Shown piece after piece: positions 51,801-64,000 of a stretch of DNA of 64,000 bases. Source of the stretch: Lama glama (lineage: Eukaryota); NCBI GenBank assembly GCA_028534125.1, contig CM052816.1, positions 10,232,001-10,296,000 of the forward strand, read 5' to 3'. The first letter of the stretch is position 1, and each line of letters begins with the position of its first letter. The notes under the pieces are model-generated. The model was not told the origin of the DNA. It saw only the letters and a program-made list of their open reading frames with translations, and did no database searches. The position numbers were made by a program, and so were the translations under genes.

Positions 51801-52452
51801 GGGAGAAGGCAAAGCTCACTCACTCTTAAGACATGTCAACAGATTAAAAATGAGGAGCTTTGAGAGCTAACATATTGGCTTGTCCAATAAAAGTGCGATT
51901 AGGAATTTTCAGAGGAAGGGTGTGATTGGGCGGGCGTTTATTACCTTTTGGAAGATGCGTGCTCACTGTTCAGGAAATCTGACTTCTGGGTGGGGAGCTC
52001 AGCTGTGGCTGGTTCCACTGGAGGGAGAGTCGGTGGCTTTCCACTCACTCTTTCCTTCATTGATTCTTTCATCCTTTCACGGGTCCAACAGATATTTACT
52101 GAGAGTCCACCATGAGCCTCTTCAGGGTCACCAGCAATCAGGGAGATCTGTTGGGTACGTGAAGGGATATCGTTGTGGACAAAGGGATGGCAGCTTCAAA
52201 AGTGAGTGCTCAGAAGAAGGCACCGGTTGTGCATTAGACCAGAGGAGGGAGAGGGCAGGAGATGGCCTTTCATGGAAAGATTTCTCCATCCCAAGACAGG
52301 TCCATCCAACTAGAGGGCAGGGTCTCAGAGGCAGAAGCAGTTTCAATGATCATTTTGTCTCTTTCGCTTTATAAATAGGAAAATTGAGACCTCAAGAGGG
52401 GATTAAGGATGAAAAATAAAATTTATTGAGTGCTTATTTTATGCCAGGCACT

Positions 52453-52918
52453 GTTTTTTTAAAACAGTAGTTAAGATATACAAAACATAAAGTTTACCAT
52501 TTTTAACCATTTTAAAGTGCATTTCTGTGGTAGTAAGTACATTTACAATGTTGTACAATCATCACCACTATCGAGGTCTAAATCATTTCATCCCCCTAAA
52601 GGGAAACTCTGTCCCCTTAAGCAGTCACCACCTCCCCAACCCCCACTCCCTCCAGACCTTGGCAACCACTAATCTGCTTTCTGTCTGTGTAGATTTGCCT
52701 ATTCTGGACGTTTCATAGAAATGGAGGCCCTTTGGGTCTGGCTTCTTTCACTGAGTGTGTTTCCAGGGCTCATCTGTGTTGGAGCCTCCATCAGTACTCT
52801 GTTCTTTCTGTGGCTGGATCCTGTTCCCTTGTATGGATATACTGTACTTTGTTTTTTCATCCACCAGCTGATGGACATTTGGGTTGTTTCGACTTTTTGG
52901 CTGTTGTGACCAGTGCTG
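52453..52918 (-). mobile_element. Old L1 (L1MB-like) 3' end inserted into a MIR
   Basis: L1 3'UTR reverse complement; TSD TGCCAGGCACT at 52442-52452 and 52919-52929; MIR sequence on both flanks. Confidence 0.85.
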
Positions 52919-54104
52919 TGCCAGGCACTTTGTAAAACACTTCGCACTTAGTAATTTAATTCTCTTCACAGAAACCGCGGAGGCAGGTTTTCTAATGACA
53001 GCTATTTTACAAGTGAGGAAAAAGAGATCAGGTCGTGTGCCCGAGTCACACACTTAGAAGAAGGGGGTTTGGAGGGTGGAAGTAAAACCCAGATTTCCTG
53101 TTTCCCTGGCCAGCGCTCTTCCCACGCTGCCCACGAGCTCAGCTGCAAGGGCAGGACCCGCCGCGTGCTCCTGAGGACGCTGCCTCCCTGTCCATCATAG
53201 TCACGTGGGCTCAGTGTATTTGCTATAAATGAGGTGCATTAGACTCCTCTGCTGAAAAATACACAGAAAACGAAGGGAGGACTAGAGATCATTTATAAGA
53301 AGTCATTCTTTACTTTAATATTAACTATATAGGACAATTGATTCAATAGCAGGACATAAATAATTTATGGCCTATTCAAAGGGCAGAATACATAGCGCCA
53401 TTAAGAACAATACTGTGGAAGCCTGCTGGCGTGAGAAAGTGTTCCTGGTTCCTCAGCCCTCTGAAGGAAGGCACTGTCTACTCCTTGGGTAGGAAGACAG
53501 GCTCACAGAGGTTCCATAACCTGCAGGAGCTCAAACAGCTTGCAAAGCCAGAATTCTGTCTAAATCCTCAAACCCACCCTCTCAGCCACAACAAAAAAAT
53601 TAAACAGAAATTTAGCAAAATCTTAGCCATGGGAGAGTGGATTATACTTGTATTTTAGTCTATTTTTTCAGAACACTTTCCACATTGCCTCCTGGGACCC
53701 CACATTGCTTTTGAAATTGAATGAGAGCATCCTGCTCAAGTCAACCTCAAATCAACCTCTTTTACTAAGTAAAAGATGGAACCTCTCATGGAAGAAAATT
53801 AGGGGCCCCAACAAAAGCGAGGGATCTCGGTGCTGGCGAGAAACGCTCAGTGGAGGTCCTGTTGTATGGTTGCTTTATCTTCTCCACATTGGGAAACTAT
53901 TAGTGGATGCTGACCACTCCTTTTTCCTAAATAAGCATTTCTATGTCCCCATTCCTTGCAAAGCTCTTCTGATGATTTGAGAAGCCGTTAATAAACCACA
54001 CCAAATCATCCACTGTTGTCACCTGGTCTTGGGTGCCATGGTGGAAATTGGAAGCATTCAGTTTCTTAAGTTACGGCCCTCAGTTCTCTAACCTTGATCT
54101 AAAA

Positions 54105-54382
54105 TTAAAAAAAATTTTTTTTCAGAATTATTTTTCTTGTGGTGAGAACTTTTTAAGATTTTTGTCTTAGCAACTTTGAAATCTACAATGTAGTATTATT
54201 AACTGTAGTCACCATGCTGTACATTACATCCTCAGAACCTGTTTGTTTTATAAGTGGGAGAAGTTTGTACCTTTTGACCCCCCTTCACCCACTCCTCCCA
54301 CCCCCATAACCACCAGTTTCTGAATCTATGAGCTTTTCCCCCCCCTTTTTTTTTTTTTAGATTCCTTGTATAAATGAGATTC
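54105..54382 (-). mobile_element. L1 3'UTR fragment
   Basis: GTGGTGAGAAC...TATTATTAACTGTAGTCACCATGCTGTACATTACATC...TTTTAGATTCC. Confidence 0.8.
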
Positions 54383-56278
54383 TCATTTCTAGTTCCTGCC
54401 AGTGAGCACTTGCGCGGGGCCTGATTTTTATCTTCTCTGTGTCATCTCCACACAGGATTTGAGAAATAACCTTTCTTCACATTGTTAATACAAGAACAAT
54501 ATTAGTTTGTTACTGTTTGTTACTGTGGGTAGGAACCATGTTAGGAAAAACTAGTTATTGTTGCTAAGGACTTAGGTTGTTGATACTTAATTCCAAATTT
54601 CCCCTTTCAAGTCCCGTCTCTCAGTCAGTCAGCAGTGATGTGTCTCTACAATAGCTACAATATTGTCATCATTTCCATAGAAACCGTCCATAAAGCTGCA
54701 AACACTGGATTACCCCCTCCCTGCAGGCAGAGGCAGGAAGGCCAGATGGTCTGTGAAGGGGAAAAGGCCCTCGATGGGACATAAATCACTTGATGCGGGG
54801 GTTGTGAGGGGGAAGGTAGGGGGATGGGTGGGGCTTGACAAAGGGGGAGGGGGTGGGGGGGGAAACCACCTTAGGAGGAAGACTGTGTTGGGTGCAGTCT
54901 TTGCCACCGGGTGAAATTCCCAAATGAAGTGGCCAGCCGTGTGGGCTTCTTTCCAAGGCCGGTGTCTGGGCCTGGTTATTTGCTTGTAACCAGACGCTAA
55001 GGAAGCTGGAGACAGAGATTTCTTCCTGTGTGGGCTGCTGACTTCCCTGGTCGACAGCCACAGACAGACAAACATAAGGCCCTGGTCAGCTCCTATGTGT
55101 ATGAAGATAGGGATCCTGTACTTCTGTGATGTGTAATGCCATCGCAGTGTGCCAGGCTGGACCCTTCATAGGGATCTCTCTTTGGACCTTCACGGCATCA
55201 CGAAGGGGATGATATTATTATTCCTATTTTACAGGTGGGGTAACTGGGCTTCTCTCACTCCCTCTCCTTCAGATCTCAGCTTCATCTTGAGGGTTTCTAG
55301 GGACCTTTCATGAGCCCTTGAAACCAGATGAGGTACACCTGTATGCTCCCTAATGCACCTCTATTTGATCCTTATCAGTCTGTGTTATAAATTCTTATTT
55401 ACTCCTTTCCCACTAGCCTGGAATCCCTGAGGGCAAGGCCCTTCCACAGTGATTGTCTCATAATTGGTGCTCAATACGTATTTTTGAATGAATGAATGAG
55501 ATAGTTTCAGTAACTTAATCAAAATTTGTCTTTTTTACATTTGTATACCTGGCAATTAGTGCAGTCCCTCATTTGTAATAAAACCTCATTAAATATTTGA
55601 ATGAAATGGTGAATAAATGAACATCAGCTAACTCTTTACACAGTGTCTCCAGGAGTCACACCAAGCTTTTCTGACTTCAGGTGCTGTGTTGCGTTAGCTG
55701 ATAGAAGAGGTCATTGTCGTGTTAGGCCAGGCAATTCAAAGTGCTTGACTTCCTGCCAGCATCCTGGTCCTGTCTGCTTTTAGAAGCTCATCTTATTATA
55801 TAACAGCTCTTACACTTATCTGAAGCCACCCTCAGCCTGGTGGAAAGAACATTTGTCTGACCGCCAAGAGACCAAGGGTGAGACATGGTTCTCCATTACT
55901 TACTGTATAAATTTGGCCAAATCCCTTGGCCTTTCTGGGCCTTAGTTCCTCTATTTTTAAAATAAAATGTTAGTTTGAGTTAAATTTGAGATTTTCTAGT
56001 AGCATACCTCTTCTTTTAGGGGAAAAAAAAAGTAATCTTATCCATAAACCCAATGAAAGTGGAGCCGCATGGATAGAGGCCTTCCCCAGCTTCAGTGGGA
56101 GGTCTGTCCCACCTCCCCTCTGGGCAGCCTCTGAGGAAGGTCACTGGGCAATGAAGTCTCTGGTCAACACAGGTAGGGACCCACAAGAATAGATTATGTT
56201 CAGGGCTCCTCTCCTTCTGAAGTTCAAGAATTCTAGAAATACGGGCACTGAGCCCCACAATCTATGTAGTCAGTCCTG

Positions 56279-56350
56279 GGCCGATGGTATGTCCCATCTG
56301 TCCTTACCAATAGGCCGGTGGTATGTCCCACCTGTCCTTACCAATAGGCC
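56279..56350. repeat. 34 bp tandem duplication
   Basis: GGCCG(A/G)TGGTATGTCCCA(T/C)CTGTCCTTACCAATA x2 plus GGCC. Confidence 0.95.
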
Positions 56351-56534
56351 TTGTGTTGGAGACTTGGGGGTCTTGACTTCTGATTTTTGGACCCATAACT
56401 GCCACTGCCCCAAAGGGTATTACCATTGAGCAAGTCAGTTCATGTCTCTGAGCCAGTTTCCTTCACTACACATTGGGGCAGGTATTCCTTCATGGTTGGG
56501 TTTTATGAGACTTACAGTGACAACTACCATTTAC

Positions 56535-57033
56535 TGTGTAAATGACGAAGTTCTCAGCAAATTTTGTTGGGAGAGGCGACGCACCGTGGGCTTTGAGTAT
56601 CCCTGCGTGTTCTTGCTAGTTATCCCCCAAATGCAAGGCTCTGAGGGCTCTTTACTGGGATCATTTCTCATGGTTATGTTTTCAGAGCGCGAGCTTGGGA
56701 CATGAGGTAACGTTTCCCCCAGACAAAGAGTAGTCTGACTTCAGCTTCTTGTAAAAGTGGTGAATCCCCCAAGCACAGTGTTCTCCACAGCACAGCCCAC
56801 TGTGTGTGCAGGCATCCGTGATGGGCTGTCTGCATTGTCCCTCTGAGGCTTGGGAGGCGTGAGCCATCAATGAAAACCAACATGAAACTGGCTAATGCTT
56901 TTGTTATGAGTAATAACGTCTTTGTCTCTGACCCAGGAGTCTCCTGTCTTCTGCCAGCGTGCATGAAACAGTAACAAGCCAACTTGTTAGTTGTGAGCAG
57001 GACAAACTCTCAGACCCTACACAGTTCTTGACA
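56535..57033 (+). mobile_element. Solo LTR, MER68/MER76/MER77-like
   Basis: TG...CA termini; AGTAATAACGTCTTTGTCTCTGACCCAGGAGTCTCCTGTCTTCTGCCAGC U5-type motif; subfamily uncertain. Confidence 0.72.
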
Positions 57034-57466
57034 TGTTATATATGTATTATATGACATTCATTAAATGATCACCATAGCCATATGCAGTGGGTAGTCTGAG
57101 TAATCACAGTTCATAGATAACAAAACGAAGTTTCACAACAAAGTTCAGTAACTCTCCAGAGATCATACAGCTATTTCATGGCAGGACCAAGGTTAAACTA
57201 ATGTCTGCCTTACTCCAAAGGCAGTTACATTACATTAACTGTAATGTACTTCCTTTCTGAATCATATGATATGAATCATATGAAGTAATGGCTATGAAAT
57301 CCCTCCCCAATGCTCAAGGATTATATACATATGTTATTATTATTATTATTAATGAAAATATAATGATGATGTGAGCACTAAGAAATTGATTCATTTCAAC
57401 ACATTTGTATTGATTATCTCCTATGGCCCCAGTTTCCCGTATCAGATAAAGCCGCCTATTTAACTT

Positions 57467-57602
57467 TTGGGGGTTTTTTGGGGGGTGAGGGTAAGGTAAT
57501 TAGGTTTGTTTATTTGTTTACTTAAATGGAGGTACTGGGGATTGAACCCAGGACATTGTGCGTGCTAAGCATGCCCTCTACCACTGAGCTACACCCTCCC
57601 CC
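57467..57602 (-). mobile_element. tRNA-Ala-derived SINE (camelid vic-1-like)
   Basis: Minus strand A box TAGCTCAGTGG, CTTAGCA loop, B box GGTTCAATCC, then CCTAATTACC tail; imperfect TSD AAGCC(G/A)CCTAT..AACTT. Confidence 0.9.
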
Positions 57603-57979
57603 ACTAAGCCACCTATAAACTTCTGTGGAGAACCTGGGGTTAGTAATCACCATGCTGCTTACTAGCTGTGTGACATTGGACAGATAGTCCACATCTTTTT
57701 TTCAGTCATAAAGATAGACACCATCATAGCTACTTCAGAAAGGAGGGATTTAATACAGAGAATTGAGTATACACGTGTTGGAAGCCGCCAGAGCAAAAAG
57801 GAACATAGCAGTTAATTTAGAGATAGTGGAAGTACCAGCCACCCAAGGCTGAGGGAACAGAGAGGTAGGGCTGCCCAGATGGCGGTGCTCACAGCTGCTC
57901 CCCTGCAGGGCTGGCACTCAGAGTTCCGAGGAGGGATCTCCCCTTGGCTGCTCCCGATGCCCTTGAGAGGGTGTGGCAG

Positions 57980-58175
57980 CACACACTACTGTGTATAAAA
58001 TAGACAAACAAAAAGTCCTACTGTATAGCACAGAGAACTATATTCAATATCTTATAATAACCTATATGGAAAAGAACCTGGAAAGAAATGTATATGTGTA
58101 ACTGAATTACTTTGCTGTACCCCTGAGACATAAGTCAACTGTACTTCAATACAAAAATTCTAAGCAAACAAAGAA
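57980..58175 (+). mobile_element. Short L1 3' stub in sense orientation
   Basis: CTACTGTGTATAAAATAGACAAACAAAAAGTCCTACTGTATAGCACAG...AAGTCAACTGTACTTCAATA; homologous to 32055-32245. Confidence 0.85.
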
Positions 58176-59064
58176 AAGTGAGAGAAGCCGGAGGTTGCAG
58201 ACTGCGGCTACGGGAGGGATGCTGCAGGGAAAGAGAAGCAGGAAAGAAGTTCTGTTTCCCTCTTTCGCTTTTCCATTTTCTGCCTTCTGTTTTTTTAATT
58301 TAATAGGAAACTAGCTGGTTACGGGTCCTGGGTGATGCAGTTTGCCGAGGTCTGGCTGCGTAGAGATTAGAGGGTACAGACTGTGAAAGGATGGACTTGG
58401 GGCCGAGGAACAGCAGGCAAGTAGCAGACACAGTTGCCGTCCCTGGGTCCCCTGTCTGTAAAATGGGGATGATGTCTGCCTCACTGTATTCCTTTGGCGG
58501 ATTAAAGGAAATAACCACTCAGTTGCTTGAGACTGATTGCAAGTGCCCAATAAGTGTAAGCTTTTACTGCTCTGATTATGCTAAGCTTGCTTGAGGACTA
58601 ATCTGCCACCTTTGCCTGTGTTCCAGGGGGTCTTGGGTGTTGTGCTTGCTTCAGGGATTATCAGGCCAGCTGGGAAGCTGACTTTCCTAAACCCCATGTA
58701 GAGAACAGGCTTCAGAACTCAGCAGTTGCCCTTGAGAGTCAAGATGGGAACCCTCTCCCCAGAGGCATTTAATTAGCTGCTTGTCAGAATGGTGTTGAGA
58801 GATGCAGTGGCTGTCTGAGATCGGATCTGTGGTTGCTCTGATGTGGGTTTCTCAGTTTCCTTCATTTGTCATCCTGCTTCCTCTCTTTCTCAACATAAAG
58901 GCCCCCTCGCCTTTCACTTCTCTCTCTTTCAACCCTTGCTTCAGACAAGATAAAATGTCCTTGGCTGAGGCAGCAAGATTTGCACGCCACCCAGCTCCTC
59001 CTCTGTGCTTGAGCTTCCTGCTGGAGCAGCCTCTCACAGTGTACCGCCTGCTCAAGTTTCAGCA

Positions 59065-59322
59065 ACATAGCCTGGTAATTAGGGATTTCGATTGTGGAGT
59101 AGAAACAACCAGTGTGCAAATCCCTGCACTATGTTTCATTAACTCTCTGACCGTGGGCAGATCACCTCTCTGAGCCTCAGTTTCCTCATCTGAGATGAGC
59201 GTGGGAATTGTATATATATGTCATGGGGTCGTTGGAAAAATCAAAGAAGGTAGTTTGTGTAAAACCCTAAACCCAGCGTGCCTCACGTTTCACAAATCCT
59301 TAGTATACGGTAACTATTGTGA
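59065..59322 (+). mobile_element. MIR SINE
   Basis: TGACCGTGGGCAGATCACCTCTCTGAGCCTCAGTTTCCTCATCTG core. Confidence 0.78.
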
Positions 59323-60564
59323 CTGCCTATCTGCGCTTTTTTTTTCCTTTTATAAATTCCTGAAATACTCAGAGTTGAATTTATTTAATCCACAAAGGTT
59401 TGTTGGTCACCTGTGAGGTGCCAGATACTGTGCAGATAATTTGGCGATCCAGAAATGAGCAAGATGCAAACCTGACTTGGTGAAAATAGAATAGAGTTCT
59501 GCCTTTAAGGTGCAAACATTTTGGGAAGTGGTGGGGAGAGGGGTTGGTCATGTTCACAACACACTTGCAGTACAGGGTGATCAGTGTTACAGTCGGGATA
59601 TGCATATGGGGCCACAGGGGCTAAGAGACAGGTGGGAGACTGAACCTGGACTTGGGGGATAGGGAAGGCTTCCCATGGTCCCAGGGCACACTTGTGTTAT
59701 CCTGGCCAAATATGCATGTATGGTACAGTGATAGGAAATTTATGGGGTGTGTATGTGTGTGTGTTGGTGGAAGGACCAGGCGTTGGGGTCATGGGGTGTT
59801 TCCAGGCCACTGATCTGTAAAAGAGAAAGCATAGCATGCATAAGAACTGGAAATCCTGTAGATAGTAGGGGAATCAATTTGGCAAAAGTCAGTGTCAGAG
59901 AGGTCTGCCAGGGCCAAATTACACAGAACCTTACAGAGCATGTGCCGGACCACAGATCCTGGGAGCCTTCTTGCATTCTCTTTTCTGCCTCCTTTCCAAA
60001 ATTGCCATCTGTGTCTCAGACCACACTTAAATCTTATGACCTTTGTCTAACCAACAATCAGTTATCTTCTTTCTTACTAAGACAGTCCTAATGTTGTTGA
60101 GGGGGACAGTGTGCCCAGCTTGGAAAATCTCCATTTTCCAGCCTCCCTTACAGATGGAGATACACATAGCTGAATGTTAGTCCTCACTAACACTGCTGTG
60201 TACAACCTGGAGATACAATGAAAATAAAAAGTCAGAGTGTGTATTAAAAAGATCTGTGGCCCTCTTCCAACAGACCAGTAATTAAAGAAGAAACATTTGA
60301 AACTTTGAGAGATGCGCTATCTTACAGAGTGCATAACCCAGGATAAATCCTTTATGGAAAACATTTTTATAAGAGCAGTAATTAAAACGGGAGCTCAAAA
60401 TGGTAGGACACAAGAGACATGAATTCTGGTTCCAGCTCTAAAAAGTCTAATTGTGATTCTGAATGAGCCAGTAACTGTCAAATAATACAATTCCCTAGGA
60501 AGGTGGAAATAAAGTCTCTCCTGCAGTATTATGGTGAAGATCAGAAGAAACATGGTAATAATAA

Positions 60565-60800
60565 TATCACTAGCTAATATTCATTGAGTGTTTCCTGTAT
60601 TTCAGGCAGTGTTCTAAGCATATTAATGTATCATTTCACTTAAAACAGAACATTATAATAATCTATGAATGCTACCATTTTATAGATACATGAAATGAGG
60701 CAGAGAGACTGAATCACTTGCCCAAGTCAGAGAGCTTCTAGTGGGAGGGGTCAGGGTTAGAATCTCTGCCATCTGACTCCAGAGCCCCAGAGACATCACA
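60565..60800 (-). mobile_element. MIR SINE
   Basis: AGCTAATATTCATTGAGTG...CATTTTATAGAT...GAGGCAGAGAG...ACTTGCCCAAGTCA...CTGACTCCAGAGCCC. Confidence 0.75.
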
Positions 60801-60939
60801 TTCTTAAGACTAATCTCATCGTGTGGTAGAGATTTTGAAAAGCTGTGTACTACATACAAAAGGAAGATTGTTATCACTTCCACAAGTGACTTGCATGGAT
60901 CACTGAGGCTCAGAATAGATAAAATATGCTAAAACTCAT

Positions 60940-61800
60940 CTTGTACTGGGTGGTGCTCGATATTTCTTTCAAGATGCCAGGGGTCTTTCAAAATCTGACA
61001 TAGTTTTAGAATCAAAGTTGTCTTGTAGACCATCTTTCTTTCCCTCTGCTTGCCTTTAACATCTTTGACTTTGAGTTCTGCAATTTTAGTAAGAGTGTTT
61101 CTTAGAACACAACATATTTTTTGAATCTGAGAATTCACATGTTCCGACAATTCCAGAAATGTCTTAGCCATTATTTTTGGAGTATAGCCTCTCTCCATTC
61201 CCTCCCCTTTTATATCTGGAATGCCTGTTAATTATGGGGAGCCATCTCATTCATGTCTAGGTCTCTTAACCTGTCTATTGTATTTTCCATTTCTTTTCTT
61301 TCTTCACAGTTAGAGTTATTTGATCACATATACATTCTCACAAGCTTCCTCTTCAGATGTATTTAATGTGTGTCTAACTGTCCATTAAGTGTTTAATTTC
61401 ACTGGCTGTTTTTTTCATTTCCAAAAGGTATATTCCCTTCCCCCTTCTTAAAATCTGCATTTTCTGTTTGGATAATGTCTGATTCTGTTCCTGTAGTTAA
61501 CTATTATTTTTTACTGAGAACTTCATCATCTTAAACATACTGATTTTCATTGTATCTGATTATTCTATTGTATGAAGTTTTCAGGGAACTTACTATACTT
61601 ATTGTGTCTTCTCAGTCTTGCTCATGGTAGATTATGTTCTTAATGTGTTTTGTAATTTCTAATTGTGAGCTCATGTTAGGTGATGTTTTTCTGGAAGAGC
61701 CTACTGAACCTGGGTCCAGGGTATCTCTTTTGAGTGGATTTGCTTTTGCCAGATGCCTCAGTGCTTTCTTTGCCATGATCATTTTTAATGTTAATACCCC
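60940..61800 (-). mobile_element. Ancient L1 ORF1-region / HAL1-like remnant
   Basis: Minus-strand KIMAKTFLELSEHVNSQIQK resembles the L1 ORF1p motif EIMAENFPNL...QIQE; boundaries approximate. Confidence 0.55.
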
Positions 61801-63237
61801 ACGTTTAAGAATTCCTCTGATTTAAAATAAAATCTAAACCTGTGTGAAGATCCTCTCATTGTTTCAAATTCTAATGAGGTTTGCCTTTCAATACCCCATC
61901 GAGAGAATGGGCCAAGGCAAAAAAGCTCCCTGTCATCATCCTTTATTAATAAAAAGATTTTCCTAGTTTACTTTTTTCATGGCAGAACCAAAATTTTTGT
62001 GGGGCCTCGGTTCCAATCTCTCCCTCTTTGGTGAGGACCAAACAGACTCCTTTCTTATCGTCCCAGAGCTTTAAAATCCAACCCCTTGGTTACCAAGATG
62101 GGCAAATTCCCATAAGGCAGCCAACATGTCAGCTCTTCTGCTTATTTCTGTTTGCAGTTCCTATGTTTTTGCCCCTAACTGTGCATTTATATATTTTATA
62201 TTGGAAAGGTTAGGTTATCTCATCTACTGTATTGCTGTCCTCATCATTATGAACATCATTATAAACCAATTATTTTATGGTTTTAAAAAACTGTCCTTTG
62301 ACTTGACCCTGGATAACTGAAAGTTTATATTAATTCTGATAAAATCAATTTATTTCTTCCTTTGTTACGTGATTGAGGGACTCATTGGTGTTAGGGATTA
62401 ATTTTCTGTGCTAAAATTATAGATTAATTCAAATCCTTAATTTAATTTTGAATTTCAAGATGGGATTTATGACCACGTGTAGCTGTATCAGTTCCAGCTG
62501 TATCCCACCACTCACTTGGCTCTATGAGCTTGGTCAAGTAACAGAGATTCATTGTGTCTCCTTTTTGTCTTTGTGAAAAGGGCCATAATAATAGTATTAA
62601 TCTCAGCAGCTTGTTATGAGAATTACGTAACGGATGTAAAACATTTAGAAAAAGTCTTGGGACGTAGCACTTAGTAATTGCACTTGTCATTGTTCTTACT
62701 GTTACTATCTGTAGAAGCGGTATAGTAATCATATAGTCATTTCTGAGGATGTGTTCATTGGTGCTACTTTGTGTTCACGCTACTTTGTGTTCATGGCTTT
62801 AATCCAAGTAAATTAACTTCAGATTTTTTTCACTCTGATTTTCCTGTCTAAAACCTTTAGGAGTGTTTTCAAGAGTTTGAGTCATCATTCTCATTATGGT
62901 AACATGTTAAGGCAATCCTTGATGTGGGATTTCTTCTATAGTTTCTAATTACTTAGATCTTTCCACCCTTCCTAAGGAATCTTGTACTTATTCTTTAATT
63001 TAGCTTGTATTTCTGAACTAGCTTTGAGGCTCTGCTTTGTTCCAGATGTTCTTTCCATTCTGTTTAATAATTTTTTCCATTTTGAGCCATTTATTTTGTG
63101 AGTTAGGTCTTTCTGGCTAGTCGTTAACAATAATGATCAAGTTGCATCAATCCTAAGAATTATCTCAAAAATATACATGCAAGCTTTCAGGTAAGAGTAT
63201 CTCCTTCAGAACTCATTTTGACTTCCCTTTTGAAATG

Positions 63238-64000
63238 CCATTATTTTAACTTTATCTCTTGAAATGATTATAGGTTCACCGGAAGTTGCAAAAAATGGTA
63301 CATAGAGTTCTTTGAATGAAGTTCTTTTGCTCAGCTTTCATCAGTGGTCACACCTTATATAACAGAAGTGCAATACCAAAACCAGAAAACTAACATTGGT
63401 GCAGTAATGTTCACTAGGTGGTAGGGACTCATTCACATTTCACTGTGTGTGTGTGTGTGTGTGGTTCTATGCAGTTTTTACTCCATGCACATTCATATAA
63501 TTATCATGATGCATAATACAGAATTGTTCCGTCACTACAAAGGAACTCCCTCTGGCGACCACTGTATTGTCTACCTACCTCATTCCTGTCCCCTGGCATC
63601 CACCAATCTATTTTCTAACTCTGTAGTTTTGTCATTTTGAGGATGTATTGCATAGTATGTCATTTTATGAAATTATTTTTGTTCATTAGTTAGAATGCCC
63701 TTAAGATCCATCCTAGTTTTTCATCTATCAATAATTTGACCCTTTTTATTGATGTGTAGTATTGAATCATGTGGATGTACCAGGCTTTATTTATCCCTTC
63801 ACTTATTGAAGGACATTTGGGTTGTTTCTACGTTTTGGCTATGAGGACTAGAACTGCTATGAACATTCCCATACAAGTTTTTGTAGGAACATTGTTTTCA
63901 TTTTTTTAGGATAAATGCCCAAGAGGACAATTGCCAAGTTGAATAGTTAATGCATGCTTAGTTTTTTTTTAATTGAAATATAATTGACATACAATGTGAT
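63238..64000 (-). mobile_element. Old L1 (L1MC/MD-like) 3' region, with a further L1 stub starting at ~63962
   Basis: GGAAGTTGCAAAAAAT...CAATACCAAAACCAG...GAAGGACATTTGGGTTGTTTC...ACTGCTATGAACATT. Confidence 0.82.

Larger units (their letters stand above)
37485..64000 (+). other. DPYSL3: DPYSL3 long-isoform intron 1 (runs past the window end)
   Basis: GTAAGG donor at 37485. I found neither the next shared exon (SDRLLIKGG...) nor the short-isoform first exon in the remaining sequence, which is repeat-rich. Confidence 0.88.

Noticed and set aside
57527..57602. tRNA-Ala(AGC)-like sequences (also at ~22.2 and ~29.3 kb)
   Set aside because: They carry a SINE tail, A-rich end and (two of three) TSDs, with disrupted stems; SINE heads rather than tRNA genes.
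57870..57888. CTCF-like motif CCCAGATGGCGG
   Set aside because: 5' part of the core mismatches and it lies in probable LTR-derived sequence; no support.
62763..62793. Small tandem duplications (GCTACTTTGTGTTCA x2; similar at ~29180, ~30123, ~30300, ~54507)
   Set aside because: Ordinary slippage products with no shared motif.

Overview
Mammalian genomic DNA, probably camelid: it carries three copies of a tRNA-Ala(AGC)-derived vic-1-like SINE. The only supported protein-coding sequence is the first coding exon (37104-37484, + strand, 127 codons) of the long DPYSL3 isoform (CRMP4b/L-CRMP4). It lies in a CpG island preceded by three GT-type microsatellites. The ~36.7 kb upstream appear intergenic and the ~26.5 kb downstream are intron 1. 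Both are filled with L1, L2, MIR, MaLR/ERVL LTR and hAT remnants; subfamily names are from recall, not a database search. I see no CRISPR, rRNA, true tRNA gene or new multi-gene system. The most unusual items are (i) a ~175 bp polyadenylated LTR R-region-like sequence apparently retroposed by L1 into an L2 (21514-21688), (ii) a twin-primed, 5'-inverted L1 with a perfect 15 bp TSD, (iii) a (GT)13(GC)8 Z-DNA-prone tract plus a degenerate repeat array just upstream of the promoter, and (iv) an internally deleted old L1 with nested events.
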